Part shown: piece by piece, positions 56,668 through 64,000 of the stretch
Numbering within the stretch: position 1 is the first letter of the stretch
How the letters are laid out: each line of letters begins with the position of its first letter
DNA from: Segetibacter sp.
GTDB lineage: Bacteria > Bacteroidota > Bacteroidia > Chitinophagales > Chitinophagaceae
DNA: 64,000 nt
Assembly: GCF_025963695.1 (NCBI RefSeq)
Contig: NZ_JAOQAH010000030.1
Location: 2,396 to 66,395, forward strand
Direction of reading: 5' to 3'
Notes under the pieces: generated by a model
The model's database searches: none
The model's input: the letters and a program-made list of their open reading frames with translations, nothing else
What the model was told of the DNA's origin: nothing
Program-made: the position numbers and the translations under genes

Positions 56668-58326
56668 ATGCTTCCCAAAAATAATCCAACTAATACGCAG
56701 GCATGGCTTCTCTTAAAACGACATTACGATGAAGAAATGCAGCGCACACATCTTCGAAAATTATTTACTGCAGACCCTGACCGTTTTAAGAAATTTTCTA
56801 TTTCGTTCAATAATATTTTATTTGACTACTCCAAAAATATTATCAACAATAAAACACTTCAATTATTATTTCAAATTGCCGAAGAGTGCCAGGTAAAAGA
56901 TGGCATACAGGCAATGTTTAACGGTGAAAAGATAAATGAGACGGAAAACAGAGCTGTTTTACATGTAGCCCTTCGAAATTTTTCAGACAGACCTTATCAT
57001 TCAGAAGGGCAAAATGTAATGCCCGATGTTGAAAAAGTACGGGCGCATATGAAGTCTTTTACAGAAAAAGTGCATTCGGGCGAGTGGAAGGGATACACAG
57101 GAAAACCTATAAAATATATAGTAAATATTGGCATCGGGGGAAGCGATCTCGGACCGGTAATGGTGACCGAAGCTCTAAAACCCTATTGGAAAGAAGGAAT
57201 TCAGCCGCATTTTGTTAGTAACGTAGATGGAACGCATATAGCCGAGACACTAAAGAAAATAACTCCGGATGAAACATTGTTTCTCGTTGCCTCAAAAACG
57301 TTTACTACACAGGAGACGATGACAAATGCACGTACGGCAAGAGATTGGTTTATGAAATCAGCCGGAGATGAAGCACATGTAGCGAAGCACTTTATTGCCT
57401 TAAGCACGAATGAAAAAGAAGTGGTTTCTTTTGGAATTGCACCGGAGAACATGTTTGTTTTTTGGGATTGGGTTGGAGGAAGATATTCACTATGGAGCGC
57501 TATAGGACTGTCTATTGCATTAACTATAGGGTACGAAAACTTCGAAGAACTCCTAAAAGGAGCGTTCGAGGTTGATGAACATTTTAGAACAGAAAAGTTT
57601 GCAACCAATATACCAGTTATAATGGCGCTTATTGGAGTATGGTACACTAACTTTTTTGGAGCACAAAGCGAAGCAATACTTCCGTACGATCAATATATGC
57701 ACCGATTTGCTGCATACTTTCAGCAGGGAAATATGGAAAGCAATGGTAAAAGCGTTGACAGAAACGCTTATGAAGTAAACTATTCTACGGGCCCGGTTAT
57801 TTGGGGTGAAGCCGGTACAAACGGGCAACACGCTTTTTATCAACTGATCCACCAGGGTACTTTAATTATCCCATGTGACTTCATTGCTCCAGCAATTAGC
57901 CATAACCCTATCGGCGATCATCATATAAAGCTGTTAAGCAATTTTTTTGCGCAGACAGAAGCAATGATGAATGGAAAGACAGAAGAAGAAGTAACAGCTG
58001 AATTGGTAAAAGCAGGTAAATCAAAAGAAGAAATAAAGAAACTACTAAAGTTTAAAACTTTTAAGGGAAACAAACCAACCAACTCTTTTCTAATTAAAGA
58101 AATTACCCCGCGAACGTTGGGTAGTTTAATAGCAATGTATGAACATAAGATTTTTGTTCAGGGCATTTTATGGAACATTTTCAGCTTCGATCAATGGGGC
58201 GTTGAGTTGGGAAAACAACTTGCTAATAAAATACTTCCTGAACTGGAAAACCTGGATGAAGTAAAAGGTCACGATTCATCAACAAATGGATTGATTAATC
58301 ATTTTAAAAATATCAGAACAGCCTAA
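56668..58326 (+). CDS. pgi: Glucose-6-phosphate isomerase
   Basis: [67 protein letters not shown]. Confidence 0.98.
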   Translation: MLPKNNPTNTQAWLLLKRHYDEEMQRTHLRKLFTADPDRFKKFSISFNNILFDYSKNIINNKTLQLLFQIAEECQVKDGIQAMFNGEKINETENRAVLHVALRNFSDRPYHSEGQNVMPDVEKVRAHMKSFTEKVHSGEWKGYTGKPIKYIVNIGIGGSDLGPVMVTEALKPYWKEGIQPHFVSNVDGTHIAETLKKITPDETLFLVASKTFTTQETMTNARTARDWFMKSAGDEAHVAKHFIALSTNEKEVVSFGIAPENMFVFWDWVGGRYSLWSAIGLSIALTIGYENFEELLKGAFEVDEHFRTEKFATNIPVIMALIGVWYTNFFGAQSEAILPYDQYMHRFAAYFQQGNMESNGKSVDRNAYEVNYSTGPVIWGEAGTNGQHAFYQLIHQGTLIIPCDFIAPAISHNPIGDHHIKLLSNFFAQTEAMMNGKTEEEVTAELVKAGKSKEEIKKLLKFKTFKGNKPTNSFLIKEITPRTLGSLIAMYEHKIFVQGILWNIFSFDQWGVELGKQLANKILPELENLDEVKGHDSSTNGLINHFKNIRTA

Positions 58327-58489
58327 GCAATATATTTTGTAGCGGACAATCGCGAATAGTAATTGGAGTTCTCACGTATAATTCTAAACTATTCTTCGAG
58401 CTTCAGTCACAGTCTTCCTTTTTTTGCAAGCTTTATTACAGCCCCTTGCCCGATGCATTTGGAAACTGTTAATTAAAAAAATGCCAGAA

Positions 58490-58558
58490 AAGCTAAATAG
58501 TAGTACAACCGATGAACGGACTGCGACGCAAGAATGTTAAATCGGAGCTATTTAGCTT
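58490..58558 (+). repeat. Dispersed mini-hairpin repeat, copy E, enclosed in an 11-bp inverted repeat
   Basis: Core CCGATGAACGGACTGCGACGCAAGAATG (58509-58536) flanked by AAGCTAAATAG (58490-58500) and CTATTTAGCTT (58548-58558). Confidence 0.7.
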
Positions 58559-58582
58559 GCTACAAAAATAATAAAGCAACCA

Positions 58583-59746
58583 TTATAAGGTTCTACGAAG
58601 CTGTCTATTGTTTCTGCGGGTGAATACTACCAGTAAGACAATACCACTAATAATAAGAAAAGCAGCTATTAGCTCAGCTTGAGTAGGGCTAATACCCCAG
58701 AAATGATATTTGGTATTTACTCTTATTAACTCAATGCAGAACCTTTCGATGCCATTTACAATTAAATAAATGGCAGCTAAAACACCGGGTGTTTTAATTC
58801 TTTTGCGGATACTCCAAAGGAAACCGAATAATAAAAGACAAGCAATAATTTCATACAAAGGTGTCGGAAAAACGGCCTGCGGCAGTTCTGCGCAGTACTG
58901 GCCAACACAACCTGGAATATGAACGCCTTCGCTAATCACGTTATGAGGATAAGTATAAGCCCAAGCCCAGTCTGGTAGCCAGGAAAAAGGTTTTGGATGA
59001 GTGTTTACAATTCCCCAATCGCCATCACCCGCCACCTGGCAACCAATACGACCCAGTCCATAAGCCAACATCATTGCGGGCGCAAATGTATCAGCCACAT
59101 GTATTGCGTTCATATTGTTCTTTCGGCAATACCTCCAGATAGCGATAGTAGCGCAGATTAAACCACCGTAAAAAGTTAACCCGCTAAATGAAATAAGAGA
59201 ACCTATCGGATCCCTAATTAAATCGTTTATATTCTCAAGATTATGGAAAATTTTAGCGCCTAAAAAACCGAAAATAAAGGCATAGATAACCATGTCACCT
59301 ACCCTTTCGTGGGGCCATATTTTTATGGTTCTTTCCTCAGGTTTTGCAAGTTTAGTCTTGTTTTTTTCCTGCCATTTTAAAAAAGCAAATAGAAGGGCCA
59401 TTAAAATTCCGGCTCCCCAACTACCCTGACCTGAAAGAATATAAGTTTGAGTATCTACTAATGCTTCACGATCTAAGAAAGCGCCAATCAACTTAAAACC
59501 CATTACAAAACCCAGAATAAAATTTATTAAAAGTTCACCAACCGAGGCGGGTTTACCTACGACCACTTTTTCTTCTTTATAGGTAAGTAACCCTTCCTTC
59601 GTTTTTCTTCTTAGCTCGGCAGTTAAAACAAATGCAGTTGCGATAAAAGACAGGGCAACAAAAAAACCAAAAGAGTTTATGAGTTTAAGACCGGTCCATT
59701 CTACTCCAAACAAATCTTTAAAAGCGTAGTATAAATTAGGATACAT
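58583..59746 (-). CDS. lgt: Prolipoprotein diacylglyceryl transferase family protein (long Bacteroidota form)
   Basis: GLTFYGGLI, AYGLGRIGCQVAGDG, PTPLYE, ERFCIELIR; multiple TM helices. Confidence 0.85.
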   Translation of the reverse strand: MYPNLYYAFKDLFGVEWTGLKLINSFGFFVALSFIATAFVLTAELRRKTKEGLLTYKEEKVVVGKPASVGELLINFILGFVMGFKLIGAFLDREALVDTQTYILSGQGSWGAGILMALLFAFLKWQEKNKTKLAKPEERTIKIWPHERVGDMVIYAFIFGFLGAKIFHNLENINDLIRDPIGSLISFSGLTFYGGLICATIAIWRYCRKNNMNAIHVADTFAPAMMLAYGLGRIGCQVAGDGDWGIVNTHPKPFSWLPDWAWAYTYPHNVISEGVHIPGCVGQYCAELPQAVFPTPLYEIIACLLLFGFLWSIRKRIKTPGVLAAIYLIVNGIERFCIELIRVNTKYHFWGISPTQAELIAAFLIISGIVLLVVFTRRNNRQLRRTL

Positions 59747-59765
59747 TGATAATTATTCTGGTGCG

Positions 59766-59773
59766 CAAAAGTA
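59766..59773 (-). promoter_or_regulatory. -7 box of lgt
   Basis: TACTTTTG 19 nt upstream of the ATG. Confidence 0.55.
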
Positions 59774-60003
59774 TGAATTGCAATGTTAATGAGAAGTTTG
59801 CATTAATGAAGACACATGCCGGAAAGAATTGGAACACCGATGACAAGGATTGGACTGATGAGCACAAATGTTTCTGCTTCTTTTGGTAATAAATTTACTG
59901 ATGAGTTTTAGTACCTGTTTTTCTATAAAACGCAAAACTTTTATCTTCCTAAATCTATCAACCTCCTTTAAATTCGCGCTATCTGTGTTCCAGTTATTTC
60001 TGT

Positions 60004-60035
60004 AAAAAAAACCTCCCCCATTGAAATGGAGGAGG
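60004..60035 (-). terminator. Intrinsic terminator after brxA/B
   Basis: Minus strand CCTCCTCCA-TTTCAA-TGGGGGAGG followed by T8. Confidence 0.75.
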
Positions 60036-60104
60036 ATATTTACTAACCCATCCGCGGCAAAGGCAATTAAGCCAGGATGAAAATTTACATATCTTTAATT
60101 GCGT

Positions 60105-60518
60105 TTAGCAATGTTCTTCAAAAGCGGCAATAAGGTTACGTGCAATCATTTGAGCCGGACGACCTTCTATCATGTGTCTTTCAATAAAATGAACCAGTTC
60201 ACCGTTTTTAAATAATGCAATAGCTGGTGAAGATGGAGGATAAGGCAATAAATGCTCACGAACTCTTTGAATGGCAGCAGTATCGAAACCGGCAAAACTT
60301 GTGGTCAGGTTTTCAGGTTTCTTAGTAGAATTTGCAACAGCCATTAAAACACCGGGGCGCGCCGAACCTGCACTGCAACCGCAAACGCTATTAATCATCA
60401 ATAAAGTTGTTCCTTCTTTACTTACATACTCATCCACAAGTTCAGGTGTATCTAAATCTTCAAAGCCATTATCGGTAAGCTCGGCTTTCATTGGTAATAC
60501 TATTTCTTCTGGATACAT
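60105..60518 (-). CDS. BrxA/BrxB family bacilliredoxin
   Basis: INSVCGCSAGSARP (CGC motif), TSFAGFD, PPSSPAIALFKNGELVHFIERHMIEG. Confidence 0.93.
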   Translation of the reverse strand: MYPEEIVLPMKAELTDNGFEDLDTPELVDEYVSKEGTTLLMINSVCGCSAGSARPGVLMAVANSTKKPENLTTSFAGFDTAAIQRVREHLLPYPPSSPAIALFKNGELVHFIERHMIEGRPAQMIARNLIAAFEEHC

Positions 60519-60739
60519 TTATTTTAATTTAGATGTGACTTATAATTTATCAGGCAACAAAAATACGTAGAAATGCAATTAATATTCAAAAAAGGAATGT
60601 TAATGGCAATTGTGTCAGTAAAATCAGAAGAAACAAGACTATATGGCAGCAAAAATATAATTTCCTGACTTTTACACTGATTTCTTTGAAAGGAACGGCG
60701 TTTGATCTAGCTGTACCAAACAAATAAAAAATAAAAACT

Positions 60740-61171
60740 ATGATACTTACAAAAACTTATCCCGCAAGCAACAGCTTAAACAAAGTATTTGACGAGTTGT
60801 TCAGTACTTTCCCGGCAACCCGGGGAAACGACGTTTGGACTAATACATCAGCTCCGGTAAACATTAACGAAACAGAAAATGGTTACGATCTTCAGTTCAA
60901 CGTTCCCGGAAGAAACAAAGAAGATTTTAAAATTAATGTAGAGAACAAATTACTTACAGTTAGCCACGAAAAGAAAGAAGAGGCTGAAGTAAAAGAATTT
61001 AAACCTGTAAGAAGAGAGTGGGCTTTCCAGAACTTCAAACGTTCGTTTACACTTGATGAAAAAATTAATGCAGACAAAATAGAGGCGAAGTATGAGAACG
61101 GCATTTTAAACGTTTTTCTTCCTAAAAAAGAAGAAGTTAAAAATGCTCCAAAACAAATTTCCATACAATAA
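60740..61171 (+). CDS. Hsp20/alpha-crystallin small heat-shock protein
   Basis: PVNINETENGY, VPGRNKEDFKI, FKRSFTL, IEAKYENGILNVFLPK. Confidence 0.93.
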   Translation: MILTKTYPASNSLNKVFDELFSTFPATRGNDVWTNTSAPVNINETENGYDLQFNVPGRNKEDFKINVENKLLTVSHEKKEEAEVKEFKPVRREWAFQNFKRSFTLDEKINADKIEAKYENGILNVFLPKKEEVKNAPKQISIQ

Positions 61172-61252
61172 TCTATTAAACCTTTTTTTAAAAAAGCAGT
61201 TTAACTACTGATTAATAAAGATTGTTTCATAGCAGTTGGTTTTGGTTTTGTG

Positions 61253-61287
61253 AAACCCGGTGTTTTTACGCCGGGTTTGTTTTTTTA
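61253..61287 (+). terminator. Intrinsic terminator after hsp20
   Basis: AAACCCGGTGT-TTTT-ACGCCGGGTTT followed by a T-run. Confidence 0.8.
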
Positions 61288-61347
61288 TAATATTTTCACT
61301 CCCACAATTTCAGCAAATCGCAGTTGTACTCACATTTAGATAAAATC

Positions 61348-62211
61348 ATGCAAAAAACCACCCTGATCATATTATCGTTCTTAACCTCCTTCCTCTCTTC
61401 TACCGCCCAAATACCTAAAGAAAAAACTTTACTTTGGAAGGTTTCTGGCAAAGGAATTACAGCCCCTTCATACCTTTTTGGCACTATCCATCTGATGTGC
61501 TCCGGCGAAATGAAAATGCCACAGATTGTAAAAGAAAAGTTTAATACTGCCCGCGAACTATACCTTGAAGTTGACATAGACGATCCGAACATGATGAAAG
61601 AAATGATGGAGGGAATGCAAATGAAAGATTCTTCGACATTAGAAAATTTGATGGGAAGTAAATTTGAAAGCGTAAGTGCCATTTTCAAAAACTCCACAGG
61701 CATGCCTTTAAAAATGCTTAATACAGCAAAGCCTATGCTGGTGATGTCTATGATTTATCCTTCTTTACTAGGTTGCGCACCTGTTAGTTGGGAAAGTGTT
61801 TTTCAAACAATGGCTAAAGAAAAATCGATAGCAATAAAAGGCCTTGAAAAGGTGCGGGACCAGATTGATGTTTTCGACAAAATTCCATACAAAGTACAAT
61901 CCGACATGTTGCTGAAAACACTCCTAAATATGGATAGCGCTAAAATTGAATTTCACGAAATGCTGGACGTTTATAAAAAGAAAGACATCCATCAAATGAA
62001 TATATTAACTACCAAAGAAGAAGACTTCGGCCCATACACTGACATTCTTTTAAGTAATCGCAATCGTAATTGGATACCGGTTATAGGTGAAGAAGCTAAA
62101 AAACGTGCTACTTTCTTTGCTTTTGGTGCAGGGCATTTGGGTGGAGAAACCGGTGTTATAAACTTATTGAGAAAAGCAGGATTTACGGTAACCCCGGTAT
62201 TTTATCAATAA
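61348..62211 (+). CDS. TraB/GumN family protein
   Basis: Signal peptide; LLWKVSG, SYLFGTIH, GLEKVRDQ, RNRNW, FAFGAGHL, LLRKAGFTV. Confidence 0.9.
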   Translation: MQKTTLIILSFLTSFLSSTAQIPKEKTLLWKVSGKGITAPSYLFGTIHLMCSGEMKMPQIVKEKFNTARELYLEVDIDDPNMMKEMMEGMQMKDSSTLENLMGSKFESVSAIFKNSTGMPLKMLNTAKPMLVMSMIYPSLLGCAPVSWESVFQTMAKEKSIAIKGLEKVRDQIDVFDKIPYKVQSDMLLKTLLNMDSAKIEFHEMLDVYKKKDIHQMNILTTKEEDFGPYTDILLSNRNRNWIPVIGEEAKKRATFFAFGAGHLGGETGVINLLRKAGFTVTPVFYQ

Positions 62212-62261
62212 CGTTTAATCAATATTTTTCGTTTGTTTACCAACATTTGTTTTCATAGCAA

Positions 62262-62280
62262 CATTGTTGTGTCACTCACT
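62262..62280 (-). repeat. Dispersed mini-hairpin repeat, copy F
   Basis: AGTGAGTGACACAACAATG, same variant class as copy D. Confidence 0.7.
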
Positions 62281-62742
62281 GCAACGCTAAATCTTCCTTC
62301 AACTATTTTCATAATTTCTCAAATCAACTATATATCCGTTACTTACGCCATCACATAAAACCCGTGGCTGTTTTCGCATAAGTAGATTTCGTTATAGTAA
62401 TGCGCCCCGTATTGCTGTAATAGTGCAAAAGGTAAATTCTTAGTATCGCCAGCCCGTGGTTTTTGTCGTGGTCTTGTTGTCTTCAACAATTCATTTAACC
62501 GCCACTTCAATTTTTACAGCGAACTCAATCAAAACGATTGAATGAAAATCATCATTAAAACACCGTCATTTTATTTATAGGCAATTGGGCGCAATCAGCT
62601 ACCTGGCAGGCAAAATTAAAACACTTTGTAAAGCTTAAAAAGCAGGGCAATAAAATGCAGACTTTTCACTCTTGATTATCTAAAAACACTTCTCGTCTTT
62701 TATTTTCATCGTATTCAAAAATACCAGTTCCTCATACTCGTC

Positions 62743-63195
62743 TTAAATACAATTATCCTTTCTCCTTGTGTCAATTAGATATTGAATTTTCCATTCGCCA
62801 TTTATTCTTACCAAATGGAAAGAGTTTACGCCGCAGTGGCTAAAACTTCCTTTATAATAAAATTGATAGGGAGTCCATACAATTGCCAGGTCAGCATCAA
62901 CTTTTACCATGTTAAAAGTTATTCGTTCATCTGCATCGCCTTTAGGCATGCCTGCGATCTGTTTCGCAAAATCACGAACATCTTCATTTCTTATTGAAAC
63001 TTTTCCTTCTTTGGTTTTAGCTACGGTTTGCAAAATGGCACTGTCGGTAAAACATTGCGTAAGCATAAGACTATCTCCTGCCTTCATTGCCGTAAACAGT
63101 TTGCCTACTACCATTTTAACCGAATCAGTTGGAGTTTGACTGAATCCAAGAATGCTGCATAACAGGCACCCAGCAACAAAAAAGCACGTTTTCAT
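62743..63195 (-). CDS. Exported NTF2-like (DUF4440/SnoaL-like) protein
   Basis: Signal peptide; LFTAMKAGDS, DLAIVWTPYQFY, HCGVNSFHLV, WKIQYLIDTRR. Confidence 0.8.
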   Translation of the reverse strand: MKTCFFVAGCLLCSILGFSQTPTDSVKMVVGKLFTAMKAGDSLMLTQCFTDSAILQTVAKTKEGKVSIRNEDVRDFAKQIAGMPKGDADERITFNMVKVDADLAIVWTPYQFYYKGSFSHCGVNSFHLVRINGEWKIQYLIDTRRKDNCI

Positions 63196-63218
63196 ATTTT
63201 CAATTTTGGAAGAATCTT

Positions 63219-63524
63219 CTATACTAAAGCCTTTCCTTCAAATTCCAATCCCCTGTCATTTTTGTCCAACGCCTGTTTTAGTTCCACTAGCTCTGCTTGT
63301 GGTGCAGCCGGTAATGCGTAATGCGTCGAAATAGTAAGAAAGGCACTCATGAACGCAGTGGTATTATCTTCTAAGGTTGAAAACATAGAACCCAGGTATT
63401 CATAATACGCCTTTCCTTCCCGCACGTGTTGTTTTAAAAAAACATAGAGCCTGCCTCCTACTATATCAATTGAGTTGTTTAATTCATAGACATATTGAAT
63501 TTTGCCCAAAATTTCAACCATCAT
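63219..63524 (-). CDS. Hypothetical protein (~100 aa)
   Basis: Protein-like 3' part of the 141-codon ORF from MMVEILG; lies directly upstream of and co-directional with the NTF2-like gene. Confidence 0.45.
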   Translation of the reverse strand: MMVEILGKIQYVYELNNSIDIVGGRLYVFLKQHVREGKAYYEYLGSMFSTLEDNTTAFMSAFLTISTHYALPAAPQAELVELKQALDKNDRGLEFEGKALV

Positions 63525-63775
63525 AATCATCAATAATTTCAAGGTTAATAATAAAATACTGCAGCTGTTATAAGCAAAAGCTACGCCGACACAAAGTGTA
63601 ATAAAAGCTCCCCAAAAGATTTGCGGTTGAACCGAGCGTGGCAACGATGCTACTTTACTTTGCTACAGTTGATACCCAAAAATAAAAACCTCAAAAAGTA
63701 CAATTGATTAAGAATTAGAAGAAATTTCGGACTTTTAAAAAAAAGCCTGCAAATAATTGCTGTAGCGTGATAACT

Positions 63776-63805
63776 AAAAAAGCCACCAACAATGGCGGCT
63801 TTTTT
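63776..63805 (-). terminator. Intrinsic (possibly bidirectional) terminator after speA
   Basis: Minus strand AAAAAGCCGCCA-TTGT-TGGTGGCTTTTT. Confidence 0.8.
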
Positions 63806-63823
63806 AATAGAATTTTATGAGGC

Positions 63824-64000
63824 TTACATATACCCTAATATCTTCAACATACTCTGGGCAGTCTGTTCTTTAGCATACACCCAATCTTTTAGCTTACCGT
63901 CTTTATCATGCCCGACAATAATGTGTTTTGGACTTGGGATTAAACAGTGCTTAATACCTCCGTAGCCGCTGATCTGGTCCTGGTAAGCGCCGGTATGAAA
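63824..64000 (-). CDS. speA: C-terminal end of arginine decarboxylase (partial; absent from the ORF track)
   Basis: Manual translation FHTGAYQDQISGYGGIKHCLIPSPKHIIV...EQTAQSMLKILGYM* fits the Bacteroidota SpeA C-terminus. Confidence 0.8.
   Translation of the reverse strand, partial: FHTGAYQDQISGYGGIKHCLIPSPKHIIVGHDKDGKLKDWVYAKEQTAQSMLKILGYM

Noticed and set aside
59855-59940. Two CTGATGAG words suggesting hammerhead ribozyme cores
   Set aside because: Neither is followed by stem II plus CGAAA (the closest is CGCAAA), and no stems I/III with a cleavage triplet were found.
62345-62560. Short minus-strand frame (..GDTKNLPFALLQQYGAHYYNEIYLCENSHGFYVMA*) suggesting a gene remnant
   Set aside because: Under 60 codons, no start, and no family recognised. 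A BLASTx would be needed.
400-63334. Numerous 60-170 aa ORFs antisense to or nested in long genes (e.g. 400-612, 13210-13563, 16209-16721, 31760-32098, 42626-43087, 57201-57647, 61296-61703), and 20916-21107 and 32923-33108
   Set aside because: Shadow ORFs of well-supported genes or of the tRNA, with no independent motifs.

Overview
Bacteroidota chromosomal window, probably Chitinophagaceae (inferred from the MRQLKI-type primary sigma factor, SusC/SusD pairs and TAnnTTTG promoter boxes). (1) 1-18.9 kb: a minus-strand Wzx/Wzy exopolysaccharide locus. It carries wza, wzc, an internal upxY antiterminator, a uronate epimerase, wzx, a nucleotidyltransferase-kinase fusion plus a second NMP-kinase-like gene, wzy, asnB, GT4, DUF354, an AlgD-like dehydrogenase and wcaJ, followed by a secreted tandem-domain protein cut by the window edge. 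(2) 19-33 kb: two divergent regulators, a decayed reading frame, tandem susCD-susCD with no adjacent CAZyme, an IS4-family remnant and tRNA-Ser(TGA). (3) 33-50 kb: a stress/signalling region with an aldo-keto reductase, YciF with a histone-H1-like tail, pncA, a kaiC-kaiB-kaiB-PAS histidine kinase operon, rmuC, a 243-bp tandem REP/REPIN-like palindrome array, crcB and a CZB-4xPAS histidine kinase. (4) 50-64 kb: mostly housekeeping genes (GH13, pseudouridine synthase, EEP, rpoD, ltaE, pgi, lgt, brxA/B, hsp20, TraB/GumN, partial speA). A short mini-hairpin repeat is dispersed in six intergenic copies. The best candidates for an undescribed system are the KaiBBC-kinase module, the NTase/kinase/amidotransferase polysaccharide-tailoring set, and the two repeat families with a linked structured-RNA candidate. 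All calls come from manual motif reading; no database searches were run. Several start codons were moved from the ORF-track start to the more plausible ATG.
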